Source: an uncultured Prevotellaceae bacterium
GTDB lineage: Bacteria; Bacteroidota; Bacteroidia; Bacteroidales; Bacteroidaceae
Length of the DNA stretch: 64,000 bases
Reading direction: 5' to 3'
NCBI GenBank assembly: GCA_902776475.1
Contig: CACYQD010000014.1
Span: 68,146-132,145 of the forward strand
The notes under the pieces are model-generated. The model saw nothing but the letters and a program-made list of their open reading frames with translations, searched no databases and had not been told where the DNA came from. Positions 43,931 to 53,238 of this stretch are shown here, in pieces. Numbering within the stretch: the stretch's first letter is position 1; every line of letters begins with the position of its first letter. The position numbers were made by a program, and so were the translations under genes.

Positions 43931-46432
43931 CTTAATAATTGTTTTGAGCAGTTGTTCTCCCAGATTGATGGTGTATCCCTGTTGTACGTGGAGGACGCGG
44001 TTGAAAGAATCGTAGATGATGAAAACAGGCAGCGCCGGTGAATGCAGTTTCATCTGCTCACGGATTTCAGTCAGACATTTTCCGTCCTCGTCGATGCCCC
44101 ATTCCACAGTGGAAGGCAGGGGAGGCAATTCGGTGAAATTGAAACGTTGCGCCTCGTCCTCGTTTTCGAAGAGCAGCATGATTTTCCGTCCCCATTTCTC
44201 CCATTCTTCCTTGCAGGCACAGAGGTCTCTCAAGGCATGATTGGTCGGTTCGTGATTGGGAGCGAGGATGCCCAGCACGTTGTATCCTCGTCCTGTGGCG
44301 CTCAACAATGTTTTTGACTCCGAAGTTTCTGTCAGTGGGCGGTATTTGTTTTCTGCATTGAAACTCCCGATCACCTGCACGTCTTGTTTGTCTTCACGCA
44401 TGGTGAACGTCGCCTCATGGTACGCCTCATTGTGGGGTATGGTGATCCGTTGCATGGTGGCGAGCACTTTTCCACTTGCCATGCGGGTTCCGGTGGTCAA
44501 CAGGTAGTCGTCGCAGTCTCCAGAACGGGCCACCTTCACCCCCTCACTGAAACTGTTGCGCCAGGTGGCATCCTCGGGATAGGTGAGCAGACGGGGCCGT
44601 CCTCCCTCCAGTTTGCTTAAGGTGAAATGGATATAATATTTGGGATCGTCGTAGTATTCCACGGGCAGGTATTTGAGCAACAACGTCGCTGTAGACAGCG
44701 TCTCCGACTGGTGCTGTGTCTGGAAATCCACATCGTGCCAGACGCCCTCCTCAACATATTGCAAGGCGCCATTCACCTCATTGATGCGCGACGGCCACCC
44801 CAAACTGCGAGCCACACTCACGAAAAAGATTTTGCGCCCCATTTCGTCGGTCACTCTGCTCTGATAAACACTCATGGGTCTCATCCGCAACAACTGCGGA
44901 TTGTGAACACTGTCGATGCGTATGCTTTCCGTGCACCAGCGGACAAGGTCGCGGGGATTTTTCAGCAAACCCTGAAACTGTTGTCTAAAAAATGCCTTGT
45001 AGGGTGTGAGCCATTCGTTTTCCACACGGGGATTGAGCAAATATTTCCCGTAGAGTTGCGTCGTGTCAACTTCTGTTGTCTCATTGTCTTTCAGCACCTC
45101 CAACGTGATGTCGCGCAAATCCTTGGGAGAGAGGACTTCCTGCAGACGGCGGGCCATCAAAGGATTCTTTGCTTCGTTGAGAAACCGCTGGATTACCTCG
45201 TGGTTACCTCTCCATGCCTCCTGGGGCATTGTCAGTTCATACTGGTGTCTGATGCTGTCCTCGCTGGCCAGTCGCCGGTTGTTCTCTGCTCGTTGTTCGG
45301 GGGTGACCAGAGGCAATTTGGCGCTGACGGGAGGCGGTACGATGTCAAGTTCGATATATCGTGGAATTGGTTGACCGTTCAAAACGACAGTCACCTGCTG
45401 CTGTTTTCCGAAACTCACCTTTTGGATGGCCGTCATCCCATCCTTTGTCACCCACAGCAGCATATCGCCCTTTCCGGCGGTCAGACAAGTGTGGCCGGTC
45501 GCATCGGTGGTTTTCTGAGCCACCGTATAGAATTCAGCATAGTTGTAGAGCTTGAACTCCACCAAAGCCCCTGCTACGGCATCGCCTTTGGCATCCACCA
45601 CGGCCACATCCATCTGTGAGACAGGCGCATAGTGGTCCACCACATTGATTTCAGTATAACAGGGCGTCCGGCTCATCACCTCCTCAGGACCGTCGTAGTC
45701 GCCAAACACCTTGGTGTGCATCAGTATGCCCTGTGAGGCACTCTCGTTGAACCATCCCAAGTTGAGCACCGGCTCCGGTTCGCAGGCACCCAGAAAAAAC
45801 CACTGTCCATCAGCCCAGGCCTCCACCCAGGCGTGATTGTCGTCCGTGTGAGCCCATCGGGGAGTATAGACCTGGCGGGCGGGAATACATACCGACCGGA
45901 GGGCAGCCACCAACAGGGTGCTCTCCTCTCCGCATCTGCCGTAAGCGGTCCTGACTGTGGCCAGCGGACTGCTTGTCCGGGCATCGCTCGGACGATAGGT
46001 GGCCTTCTCGTGACACCAATGGTTGACCTCGAGAACCGCATCCTGCATGGACAGACCTGTCACCCGTTGGCGCAGTTCCCCGTAAAACACCATGCGGCTG
46101 TCGTCCAGATTCTCATTGTTTACCCTGACAGGTAAGATGAAATGCCTGAACTCCCTTTCGGGAACTTTTGCTCCCCATGGCATCTCCCGTCGGGCCTTCA
46201 TGGCTGCTTCCACATTGCGCCGGTAAAACCCCTCGCTGTAATCGTAGCGGTCGGGCAGGGGCATGCTTCGATACAGGAAGTCCATGTAGCCATCCACATC
46301 CATACTGTCGCAGACCACGGGTGTCTCAGCAAGAGCCTTTCCATGGATGGACAGCGCATGGACAAACGCAAAAGCCATGACGACAAATGCGCTTGTCCAA
46401 ATTCTATGATGGGATGGACGGTGTGTGTTCAT
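43898..46432 (-). CDS. Secreted transglutaminase-like (PNGase-like) domain protein
   Basis: Hydrophobic N-terminus; AYGRCGEES (Cys), NHAWVEAW (His), FLGACE; second degenerate domain VARSLGWPSR. Confidence 0.85.
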   Translation of the reverse strand: MNTHRPSHHRIWTSAFVVMAFAFVHALSIHGKALAETPVVCDSMDVDGYMDFLYRSMPLPDRYDYSEGFYRRNVEAAMKARREMPWGAKVPEREFRHFILPVRVNNENLDDSRMVFYGELRQRVTGLSMQDAVLEVNHWCHEKATYRPSDARTSSPLATVRTAYGRCGEESTLLVAALRSVCIPARQVYTPRWAHTDDNHAWVEAWADGQWFFLGACEPEPVLNLGWFNESASQGILMHTKVFGDYDGPEEVMSRTPCYTEINVVDHYAPVSQMDVAVVDAKGDAVAGALVEFKLYNYAEFYTVAQKTTDATGHTCLTAGKGDMLLWVTKDGMTAIQKVSFGKQQQVTVVLNGQPIPRYIELDIVPPPVSAKLPLVTPEQRAENNRRLASEDSIRHQYELTMPQEAWRGNHEVIQRFLNEAKNPLMARRLQEVLSPKDLRDITLEVLKDNETTEVDTTQLYGKYLLNPRVENEWLTPYKAFFRQQFQGLLKNPRDLVRWCTESIRIDSVHNPQLLRMRPMSVYQSRVTDEMGRKIFFVSVARSLGWPSRINEVNGALQYVEEGVWHDVDFQTQHQSETLSTATLLLKYLPVEYYDDPKYYIHFTLSKLEGGRPRLLTYPEDATWRNSFSEGVKVARSGDCDDYLLTTGTRMASGKVLATMQRITIPHNEAYHEATFTMREDKQDVQVIGSFNAENKYRPLTETSESKTLLSATGRGYNVLGILAPNHEPTNHALRDLCACKEEWEKWGRKIMLLFENEDEAQRFNFTELPPLPSTVEWGIDEDGKCLTEIREQMKLHSPALPVFIIYDSFNRVLHVQQGYTINLGEQLLKTIIKIENSKLKIEN

Positions 46433-46520
46433 GGTTTCTCATTTTGGACAGGTCGGAAAAGAACCACCCGCGGTAGACTTCAAATTACTTTTAATTACTC
46501 CAAGTTCGTCAGAGAGGACG

Positions 46521-46958
46521 TTACAATTTCCGGAATTGCAGGATGACATTTCCGTCAGAGAGCGTCATCCGTTCCGAGGAAAGGTTTTCTATCCGAAATC
46601 GTGGCGACCACGACCCCAGGCCGTAGAACTGCAGGCGGATGAGTTCCTCCACTTCAGGATCACCCTTGTCGCGCTCATTATAATATGGTCTCTCCAGTAT
46701 CAGGGAATCTCCCTGCCGCTCATACCGCGAAATCAGGGAAGAATACTGGTAGTCGCGGTCAGTCATCTGGATCAGATGTCCCTGTATGGCCCAGAAAACC
46801 TTTTTCTGTCCATAGTCTGCAGAGGCGGCATGGAGTGTGTCGATGCGCTCCAAATGCCAGTAACCATCCAGTTTCCCTCCATGTGAGGACTCCATCTCGC
46901 ACGACATCAGCATGGCAACCATGATGACAAGGAGAGGGATGTAAAACAGTCTTTTCAT
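46521..46958 (-). CDS. Lipocalin-like lipoprotein
   Basis: Start MKRLFYIPLL, lipobox LMSC; GKLDGYWHL..ID motif. Confidence 0.78.
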   Translation of the reverse strand: MKRLFYIPLLVIMVAMLMSCEMESSHGGKLDGYWHLERIDTLHAASADYGQKKVFWAIQGHLIQMTDRDYQYSSLISRYERQGDSLILERPYYNERDKGDPEVEELIRLQFYGLGSWSPRFRIENLSSERMTLSDGNVILQFRKL

Positions 46959-46988
46959 CTTGTCTGATCGTTTTTTCACGGAAACCAT

Positions 46989-48326
46989 TTACCTCACGTT
47001 CTCCCGATAAACCGCCGGGCGGTCATCCGCCTTGCGGGAATAGATTTTCACATTGTCGAACGTGACGTTTTTGGCATTCTTCACGAAGAATCCTTTCGAG
47101 GGAAGCGTGCCGAACATCGTGCCTTCCGGGTAGGCATTGATTTTCTCGTCGGTGGGAGCCTTCACTTGTCCCATGCCGCCACTATGTGTGATGGAGATGT
47201 TGCGGAGTTTCACATTTTCCACAATCTGACCGGGTACGCCGGTGATCGAACAGCCCGTGTTGCCGGCATTCGTCACTGTCACGTTGCTGATGCTCACGCC
47301 GTTGATGCTGCTCCGCTTCGGTTTCGTGAGTTTCTGTCCGAAGGTGTTGCCGCAGTTTCCCAACCTCACGAAGATAGGCACTTCAGTGCCATCGACGGTG
47401 ATGTCGTCAAACGTGACGTTTTCCAACTTCGCACCGTCAACACTCTCCACGGCGATGGCGGAGATGCCGTTGCGCCTGCCATTGATCACCTTCTTCTGTT
47501 TGCTTTGTTTCACTGTGCAGTGCGTGAAACTGACGTCGCTGATGTCGCCGAGAGTCTCAGTGCCGATTTTCATGGCGTTGCAGTGGCTGCTGATGACACA
47601 GTTGGTCACACGGATGTTTCTCGACGGACTCAACGTGACATTTTTCAGGCAGATGCCGTCGTCGTCGGAGTCCACGGTCACTCCCTTGACGGTCACGTTG
47701 CTGCAACCGTTGATGTCCATGCCGTCGTTGCAGTTGTTGCAGTGGTTGTAGATATTGACATCCTCGATGACCATGTCTTCGCATAGATGATAGAGTTGCA
47801 TCCACACGCCGGAGTTGCGCAACTTCACCCCGCTGATCCTGACCCCTTTGCAGGTGTCGAAACGGATGAGCATGGGCCGGGTGATGCCCAGGGCATTGCA
47901 TGCTTGGTCGGAGAACACCTTGCCTTGTCCGTCGATGGTGCCGCTGCCGCTGATGCCGATGTTCTTGGCATGGGCGGCGAAGATCAGCTGCGAAGTGATA
48001 TAGACATCGGGCCTCGCCTTACTGAGCACATAGTCGGCGGGTTTTTTGCTGCCCAGGAGCGTCGCCCCTTCTTCCAGATGCAGGGTGACACCGCTTTTCA
48101 GGACGAGAGCTCCCGTCAGGAATTTCCCGGAGGGGATGATCACCCGTCCGCCACCGCTTTTGTGGCAGTCATCGATGGCTTGCTGTATCGCCTTGGTACA
48201 GGTCTTTTTCGTCCCTTTCTTGGCACCATATTCAGTGATGGTGACATCCTTGGCTTGCAGTCCCATACCTGCCGTCACCATCATGGCCAGTATGACAAGC
48301 CTGAAAAATAGGTTTCTCCTCATCAT
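46989..48326 (-). CDS. Glycoside hydrolase family 28 (polygalacturonase-like)
   Basis: Signal peptide; TKAIQQAIDDC..GGGRV.IP.G.FLTG, N.DGMDI, DDGICLK, AMKIGTE; beta-helix repeats. Confidence 0.9.
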   Translation of the reverse strand: MMRRNLFFRLVILAMMVTAGMGLQAKDVTITEYGAKKGTKKTCTKAIQQAIDDCHKSGGGRVIIPSGKFLTGALVLKSGVTLHLEEGATLLGSKKPADYVLSKARPDVYITSQLIFAAHAKNIGISGSGTIDGQGKVFSDQACNALGITRPMLIRFDTCKGVRISGVKLRNSGVWMQLYHLCEDMVIEDVNIYNHCNNCNDGMDINGCSNVTVKGVTVDSDDDGICLKNVTLSPSRNIRVTNCVISSHCNAMKIGTETLGDISDVSFTHCTVKQSKQKKVINGRRNGISAIAVESVDGAKLENVTFDDITVDGTEVPIFVRLGNCGNTFGQKLTKPKRSSINGVSISNVTVTNAGNTGCSITGVPGQIVENVKLRNISITHSGGMGQVKAPTDEKINAYPEGTMFGTLPSKGFFVKNAKNVTFDNVKIYSRKADDRPAVYRENVR

Positions 48327-48342
48327 GGTCTCATATTCATTG

Positions 48343-49482
48343 TCAAGTGTGAGAACCCTTGGTCCTCACGAGTTCCTCATAGATTTCGAGATGCTTGCTG
48401 AGCACCTGTTCGATGTCAAATTCCTTTTCGGCCTTCTCGCGGCTGCGGCGCCCCATGCGGAGGCGGAGTTCCTTGTCGTTGATCAGTGTGCGGAGACGGT
48501 CGGCCAATGCGGCGCTGTCGCGCACGGGCACCAGAAAACCGTTTTCTCCTTCCTCCACGGTGTCCTTGCATCCATACCACTGGGTGGTGACGATGGGCCG
48601 TCCGATGGCCGCAGCCTCAATCAGCGAAAGGGGCAGTCCCTCGCGGTAGTAGCTGGGAAAGGCCATGATATGCGACTGCTGAAGCAGTTGCTTGATGTCG
48701 GAGCGGTATCCCAACCACTGGATGTAGTCGCCGTCGCAGAGGCTCTCCAGTTCCTCCCGGCTGATGGCCTTGGGATTGTTGGACAACATGCCGCAGAGCC
48801 AGAAATGCACGCGCCCTTGCATCTCCTTGCGGAGGAGTTCGGCCGCCTCCACGAGAACCAGGATGCCTTTTTCCTTCACCATGCGGGCGGTGAAGATGAT
48901 GTTCACCTCCTGGCCGTCGGGTTCCGGGGTGAAGGCGAAGTCTTTCAGATTGACTCCAGACCCCTTGATATAGACACAGTCTTGTTCTTGGATGATGTTG
49001 TGCCTCACAAAGAGGGCTTTGTCCTCATGGTTTTGGAAGATCGCGCGGATATTGTCACGGTGGTTGGCATATTTCATCAGGGCCATCACTCCGCGGGTCT
49101 TCAGTCCGGGTTTCTTGTTGGAGAACAGCACGCCGAGACCGCTTACGGCATTCACCACACCGTGGCACTTTGCCAGTTTTGCGGCCAATCCGCCCCAAAG
49201 GATGGTCTTCAGTCCCACATGATGCACGATGTCGGGGCGTTCTTTCTTGTAGAGCTTATAGAGGAATCGAAGCGTGCGGAATTCCTCCCGGATATTCATG
49301 CCCGTAGGGTTGATGGGCAGGTCAATCATCCGCAGGCCAAGGGCTTCCACTGCTGCGCGATCACCCGTGTCCTTGCATACAATGGTCACGTCGTGACCCG
49401 CTTGACGGGCCCGAAGTGCAATCTCCTTCCTATGTGAGAGAAAGAAGCGGTCTTCATTGATGATAATCAGCAATTTCGCCAT
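48343..49482 (-). CDS. Glycosyltransferase family 4
   Basis: FFLSHR, DIVHHVGLK, FTARMVKEKG, FPSYYREGLPLSLIEAAAIGRP (EX7E). Confidence 0.93.
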   Translation of the reverse strand: MAKLLIIINEDRFFLSHRKEIALRARQAGHDVTIVCKDTGDRAAVEALGLRMIDLPINPTGMNIREEFRTLRFLYKLYKKERPDIVHHVGLKTILWGGLAAKLAKCHGVVNAVSGLGVLFSNKKPGLKTRGVMALMKYANHRDNIRAIFQNHEDKALFVRHNIIQEQDCVYIKGSGVNLKDFAFTPEPDGQEVNIIFTARMVKEKGILVLVEAAELLRKEMQGRVHFWLCGMLSNNPKAISREELESLCDGDYIQWLGYRSDIKQLLQQSHIMAFPSYYREGLPLSLIEAAAIGRPIVTTQWYGCKDTVEEGENGFLVPVRDSAALADRLRTLINDKELRLRMGRRSREKAEKEFDIEQVLSKHLEIYEELVRTKGSHT

Positions 49483-49489
49483 ATAGGGG

Positions 49490-49655
49490 GCAAAGATAGT
49501 GCAAACCGAGCGGAAAGCAAAACAAATCTTGATTTTTTTGCTTTTCCGAGGTGCCGCCTATCTTCGCCGCGGAGCGGCAAAATACGAATAAGTGAGTGGA
49601 ATGCAAAACAAAATACAAAGTTTTTGTTTTCATTCCCGAGCGAGAGTACTATCGG
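49490..49655 (-). repeat. Promoter-carrying dispersed repeat, two tandem units, upstream of GT4
   Basis: gcaaagatag (TATCTTTG on minus, 49491-49498)...GAGCGGAAAGCAAAACAAA...TTTTCCGAG...TTCGCCGCGGAGCGGCAAA, then a second degenerate unit. Confidence 0.7.
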
Positions 49656-49716
49656 CAATGTCCATAGAACTGATGATTCATCGTCTGTAATAGAATATGA
49701 CTTGCAAAAGTAATGT

Positions 49717-49805
49717 CTACACTCCCAAACTCCCAAACTCCTACACTCCCAAACTCCTACACTCCCAAACTCCTACACTCCTAATCTCCCAATCTCCCAA
49801 ACTCC
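49717..49805. repeat. 8-bp tandem repeat, 11 units (ccaaactc / ctacactc)
   Basis: Read directly; related tract at 59465-59563. Confidence 0.95.
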
Positions 49806-49864
49806 ACCCTCCTTTCAACTTGAGAAAGTTGAGTTTATTATTTGCCGAATCAAGAAAAAAATGT

Positions 49865-49872
49865 TATCTTTG
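49865..49872 (+). promoter_or_regulatory. -7 box TATCTTTG for the 1053-aa gene
   Basis: Exact match 51 nt upstream of ATG 49924. Confidence 0.6.
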
Positions 49873-49923
49873 GGCAAAAATCTACCCTTCATAACGGAAT
49901 GGTATTCCAAATTCGAATAGCGC

Positions 49924-52900
49924 ATGAGACAGATGTTTTGTTTGGCCTTTGCCTTGTTGAGCATGATGGCACAGGCTCAGTCGGCACTGAACAGCCGGCA
50001 GTTCAAGAAATATTGGCGTGTGGAGTCGGAGGCTCCTGACTACAAGGTGTCGTTTTATGGCGATACGTGTGAGATCTTGTCGCCCAAAGGTTTGACTCTG
50101 TGGCGCAAAGAACAACTGCACGAAGGCCAGACGGTGGAATATGATGCCTGTGTAAAAGATGAGGGGAAAGAGGGCGACCGCTTGAGCGACCTCAACTGCT
50201 TCTGGTTGGCCAGCGACCCCAATGTCCGTGACATCTGGGCAAGAGCGCAGTGGCGCAGCGGTATCTTCATGCGTTGTTACACCTTGCAGATGTATTATCT
50301 CGGCTTTGGTGGCAATCACAATACAACGACCCGTTTCCGCCGTTATGACGGCGATGAGGGTGGGGTGGAGGATGCTGCCCGCCGACCTGCCATCCTGAAG
50401 GAATATACCGACAGCGCCCACCTGCTGAAGGCCAACCACTGGTATCATGTGAAGATAGAGAGCAAGATGGGACACACCAGGTTCTTCATTGATGGGGAAT
50501 GCATCGTCGATTATTATGATCCGCAACCCCTTCGCGAGGGCTGGTTTGGTTTCCGCACGACGCTCTCACGCACATGCATCACCAATTTCAAATGCTATGA
50601 CACGCCGATGCTTGGCTACGACTCGACAGGCATCCCCCTGCATTGGCTCGATGGAGCCCCAGACGTTCAACAGCCAGTGAGTTTCGGCGTCCCCTTCGCT
50701 CCGGGGGAATTGCGGGATGTGTCAGCCCTCACGCTGAATCACGGCATAGCCACTGATACGTGGGTCAACGCCCGGTGGCCCGATGGTTCGGTGAAATGGG
50801 CGGGCCTGGCAGCAGTGGTGCCGGAGAATGCCAATGACCTGAAGGTCGTCAGGCAGTCGGAGAAAGTCAAGGACAACGGCTTGACCATCCATGAAGACGC
50901 CGGACAAATCATGGTGGAGGCAGGGAAGTTGAAGGCATGGCTGTCGAAGCAGGGCCGGCAACTGTTCGACAGTCTCGCGATCGACGGACGACGGGTGGGA
51001 GGCAGTGCCGTGCTGACAGCTTCCGCAGGTGGCGTGGAATACCTCTCGTTGGTCAAGAAGATGACTGTGGAACGTCAGGGACGTGTACGTGCCGTCGTCA
51101 GGGTCGAAGGCGTCCATCAGTCACCTTCCCGTGAGTGGTTGCCTTTCACCGTGCGCCTTTATTTCTATGCCGGCAGCGAACAGATCAGGCTGGTGCACAC
51201 CTTCGTTTACGACGGCGACCAGCAGCGCGATATGATCACCTCATTGGGCGTGAGACTGAAGGTGCCGATGCACGAGGCGGTCTATGACAGACATGTGGCG
51301 TTTGCCACTGGCGATGACGGGGTGTGGGCAGAACCCGTGCAGGTGCTCGAGGCCGGCAGCGACCGTTCGCGCCTGCGGGCGATGCAGATGGCGGGCAAGG
51401 AAATCAAGGATGAAGACATCCCGCAGAGAACCCGTATGATGCTCAGCGACTGGTCACAGTGGGATGGTTACCGCCTCTCCCAACTCACCGACAATTCCTT
51501 CTCTATCCGCAAGCGGGCCACAGCCCAAAGTCCTTGGTTGGGCACACTGACAGGCGTCCGCTCTCCCGGCTATGTATTCGTGGGCGGCACCCAGGGCGGC
51601 CTCGGAGTGGCACTGAAGGATTTTTGGCAGTCGTATCCCTCGACCATCGAGGTGGGAAAGGCGCGCAGCGATGAAGCGGAACTGACACTGTGGCTATGGA
51701 GTCCCGAGGCTGAACCCATGAATCTCTGCCATTACGACACCGTGGCCCATGGCCTGCGCGCGAGCTATGAGGACGTGCAGGAAGGCATGAGCACGCCCTA
51801 TGGCATTGCCCGCACCAGTGTCGTGTGGATTCTTCCACAGGCAACCTATGGTGGTAAGGCGCAGGTGGCCGCCGACGCACGACGCCTGACAGCCGATGCA
51901 CGGTTGTTGCCGACGCCGGAGTATCTCTACGAGAAAAGGGCTTTCGGCATCTGGTCGCTGCCGCATGGCGACAATGCCGTGGAGCGCCGCCTCGCCCAAT
52001 ATGTTGATTTTTACAAGAATGCCATCGAACAACAGAAGTGGTATGGCTTCTGGAACTATGGCGACATGATGCATGCCTACGACTTCGACCGCCATTCCTG
52101 GCGCTACGATGTGGGAGGATATGCCTGGGACAACACCGAACTGGCTACGCCCATGTGGCTTTGGTACAACTTCCTGCGCACGGGCAGGGCAGACATCTGG
52201 CGGATGGCAGAGGCGATGACGCGCCACAACAGTGAGGTGGATACGTATCATATAGGTCCCTTTGCCCCGTTGGGAAGCCGCCATAATGTGAGCCACTGGG
52301 GCTGTGGAGCCAAGGAGGCCCGCATCAGTCAGGCGGCTTTCAGCCGGTTCTATTATTACCTGACCACCGATGAGCGCACGGGCGACTTGATGACCGAACA
52401 GGTGGATGCCGATACATTGCTCTATCATCTCGACCCGATGCGGTTGGCCGAACCTCGTGAAGACTTTCCGTGCAGTGCACCGGCCCGCCTGCGTGTGGGC
52501 CCCGACTGGTTGGCGTATGCGGGCAACTGGATGACGGAGTGGGAACGGACGGGCAACTTGAAGTACCGCGACAAGATCGTGGCGGGGATGCGCTCCATTG
52601 CCGAACTGCCCGATGGGGTATTTACAGGCAACCTGGCCAAGGGTTATGACCCCGCCACAGGACGTCTGTCCTACGACGGCGACCCCGCGTTGCGCTCCAC
52701 CAACCACCTGCTTTCGATCATGGGCGGTTTCGAGGTGATGAACGAACTGTTGCCGTTGACCAAAGAGGCTTCGTTTGCCGACACCTGGCTCGATCTGGCT
52801 CGCAGATACAAGAAAATGGCATTTGAAATCCGTCACAACAACTTCCCCGTGCGGCGCCTTGAGGCTTATGCCGCCTGGCAAGACCGTGATGCCACACGCA

Positions 52901-53085
52901 TGGCATCCACCTGGCAGGCTCTCTGGCAACTGGCCGACCACGGTCTGCGGTTGCCCGACGCGTCCACCCGTCTGATGCCGCCCGATGTTCCCATGCCGAT
53001 GGATGAACTGCCAGGACTGAGCACCAACAACGCGGCTCTCTGGAGTTTGGATGCGATTTATATGCTCGAAGTGCTCATTCCCTGA
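49924..53085 (+). CDS. Fusion of a DUF6250/YesU-like beta-sandwich and a YetA/PcRGLX-like exo-rhamnogalacturonan lyase region
   Basis: Signal peptide; SDLNCFWLASDP, YYLGFGGNHNTTTRFRRY, GWFGFRT; then SFGVPF, RWPDGSVKW, WYGFWNYGDMMH, GGYAWDNTE, GSRHNVSHWGCGAKE. Confidence 0.75.
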   Translation: MRQMFCLAFALLSMMAQAQSALNSRQFKKYWRVESEAPDYKVSFYGDTCEILSPKGLTLWRKEQLHEGQTVEYDACVKDEGKEGDRLSDLNCFWLASDPNVRDIWARAQWRSGIFMRCYTLQMYYLGFGGNHNTTTRFRRYDGDEGGVEDAARRPAILKEYTDSAHLLKANHWYHVKIESKMGHTRFFIDGECIVDYYDPQPLREGWFGFRTTLSRTCITNFKCYDTPMLGYDSTGIPLHWLDGAPDVQQPVSFGVPFAPGELRDVSALTLNHGIATDTWVNARWPDGSVKWAGLAAVVPENANDLKVVRQSEKVKDNGLTIHEDAGQIMVEAGKLKAWLSKQGRQLFDSLAIDGRRVGGSAVLTASAGGVEYLSLVKKMTVERQGRVRAVVRVEGVHQSPSREWLPFTVRLYFYAGSEQIRLVHTFVYDGDQQRDMITSLGVRLKVPMHEAVYDRHVAFATGDDGVWAEPVQVLEAGSDRSRLRAMQMAGKEIKDEDIPQRTRMMLSDWSQWDGYRLSQLTDNSFSIRKRATAQSPWLGTLTGVRSPGYVFVGGTQGGLGVALKDFWQSYPSTIEVGKARSDEAELTLWLWSPEAEPMNLCHYDTVAHGLRASYEDVQEGMSTPYGIARTSVVWILPQATYGGKAQVAADARRLTADARLLPTPEYLYEKRAFGIWSLPHGDNAVERRLAQYVDFYKNAIEQQKWYGFWNYGDMMHAYDFDRHSWRYDVGGYAWDNTELATPMWLWYNFLRTGRADIWRMAEAMTRHNSEVDTYHIGPFAPLGSRHNVSHWGCGAKEARISQAAFSRFYYYLTTDERTGDLMTEQVDADTLLYHLDPMRLAEPREDFPCSAPARLRVGPDWLAYAGNWMTEWERTGNLKYRDKIVAGMRSIAELPDGVFTGNLAKGYDPATGRLSYDGDPALRSTNHLLSIMGGFEVMNELLPLTKEASFADTWLDLARRYKKMAFEIRHNNFPVRRLEAYAAWQDRDATRMASTWQALWQLADHGLRLPDASTRLMPPDVPMPMDELPGLSTNNAALWSLDAIYMLEVLIP

Positions 53086-53205
53086 CGTCAAGAAATCTGT
53101 CATAAAGAGTATCTCCCTGACGAGGAAGAATGGCCCGGAAAGAGCGTAAAAAGGGCTAATCATTAAAAAAGTATAAACAAAAAGGAGCAATGACAATATT
53201 TTTTG

Positions 53206-53213
53206 TAATTTTG
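53206..53213 (+). promoter_or_regulatory. -7 box TAATTTTG for the plus-strand polysaccharide operon
   Basis: Exact match 25 nt upstream of ATG 53239. Confidence 0.65.
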
Positions 53214-53238
53214 CATTTTTAACAAAGAAAGGAAGCCG

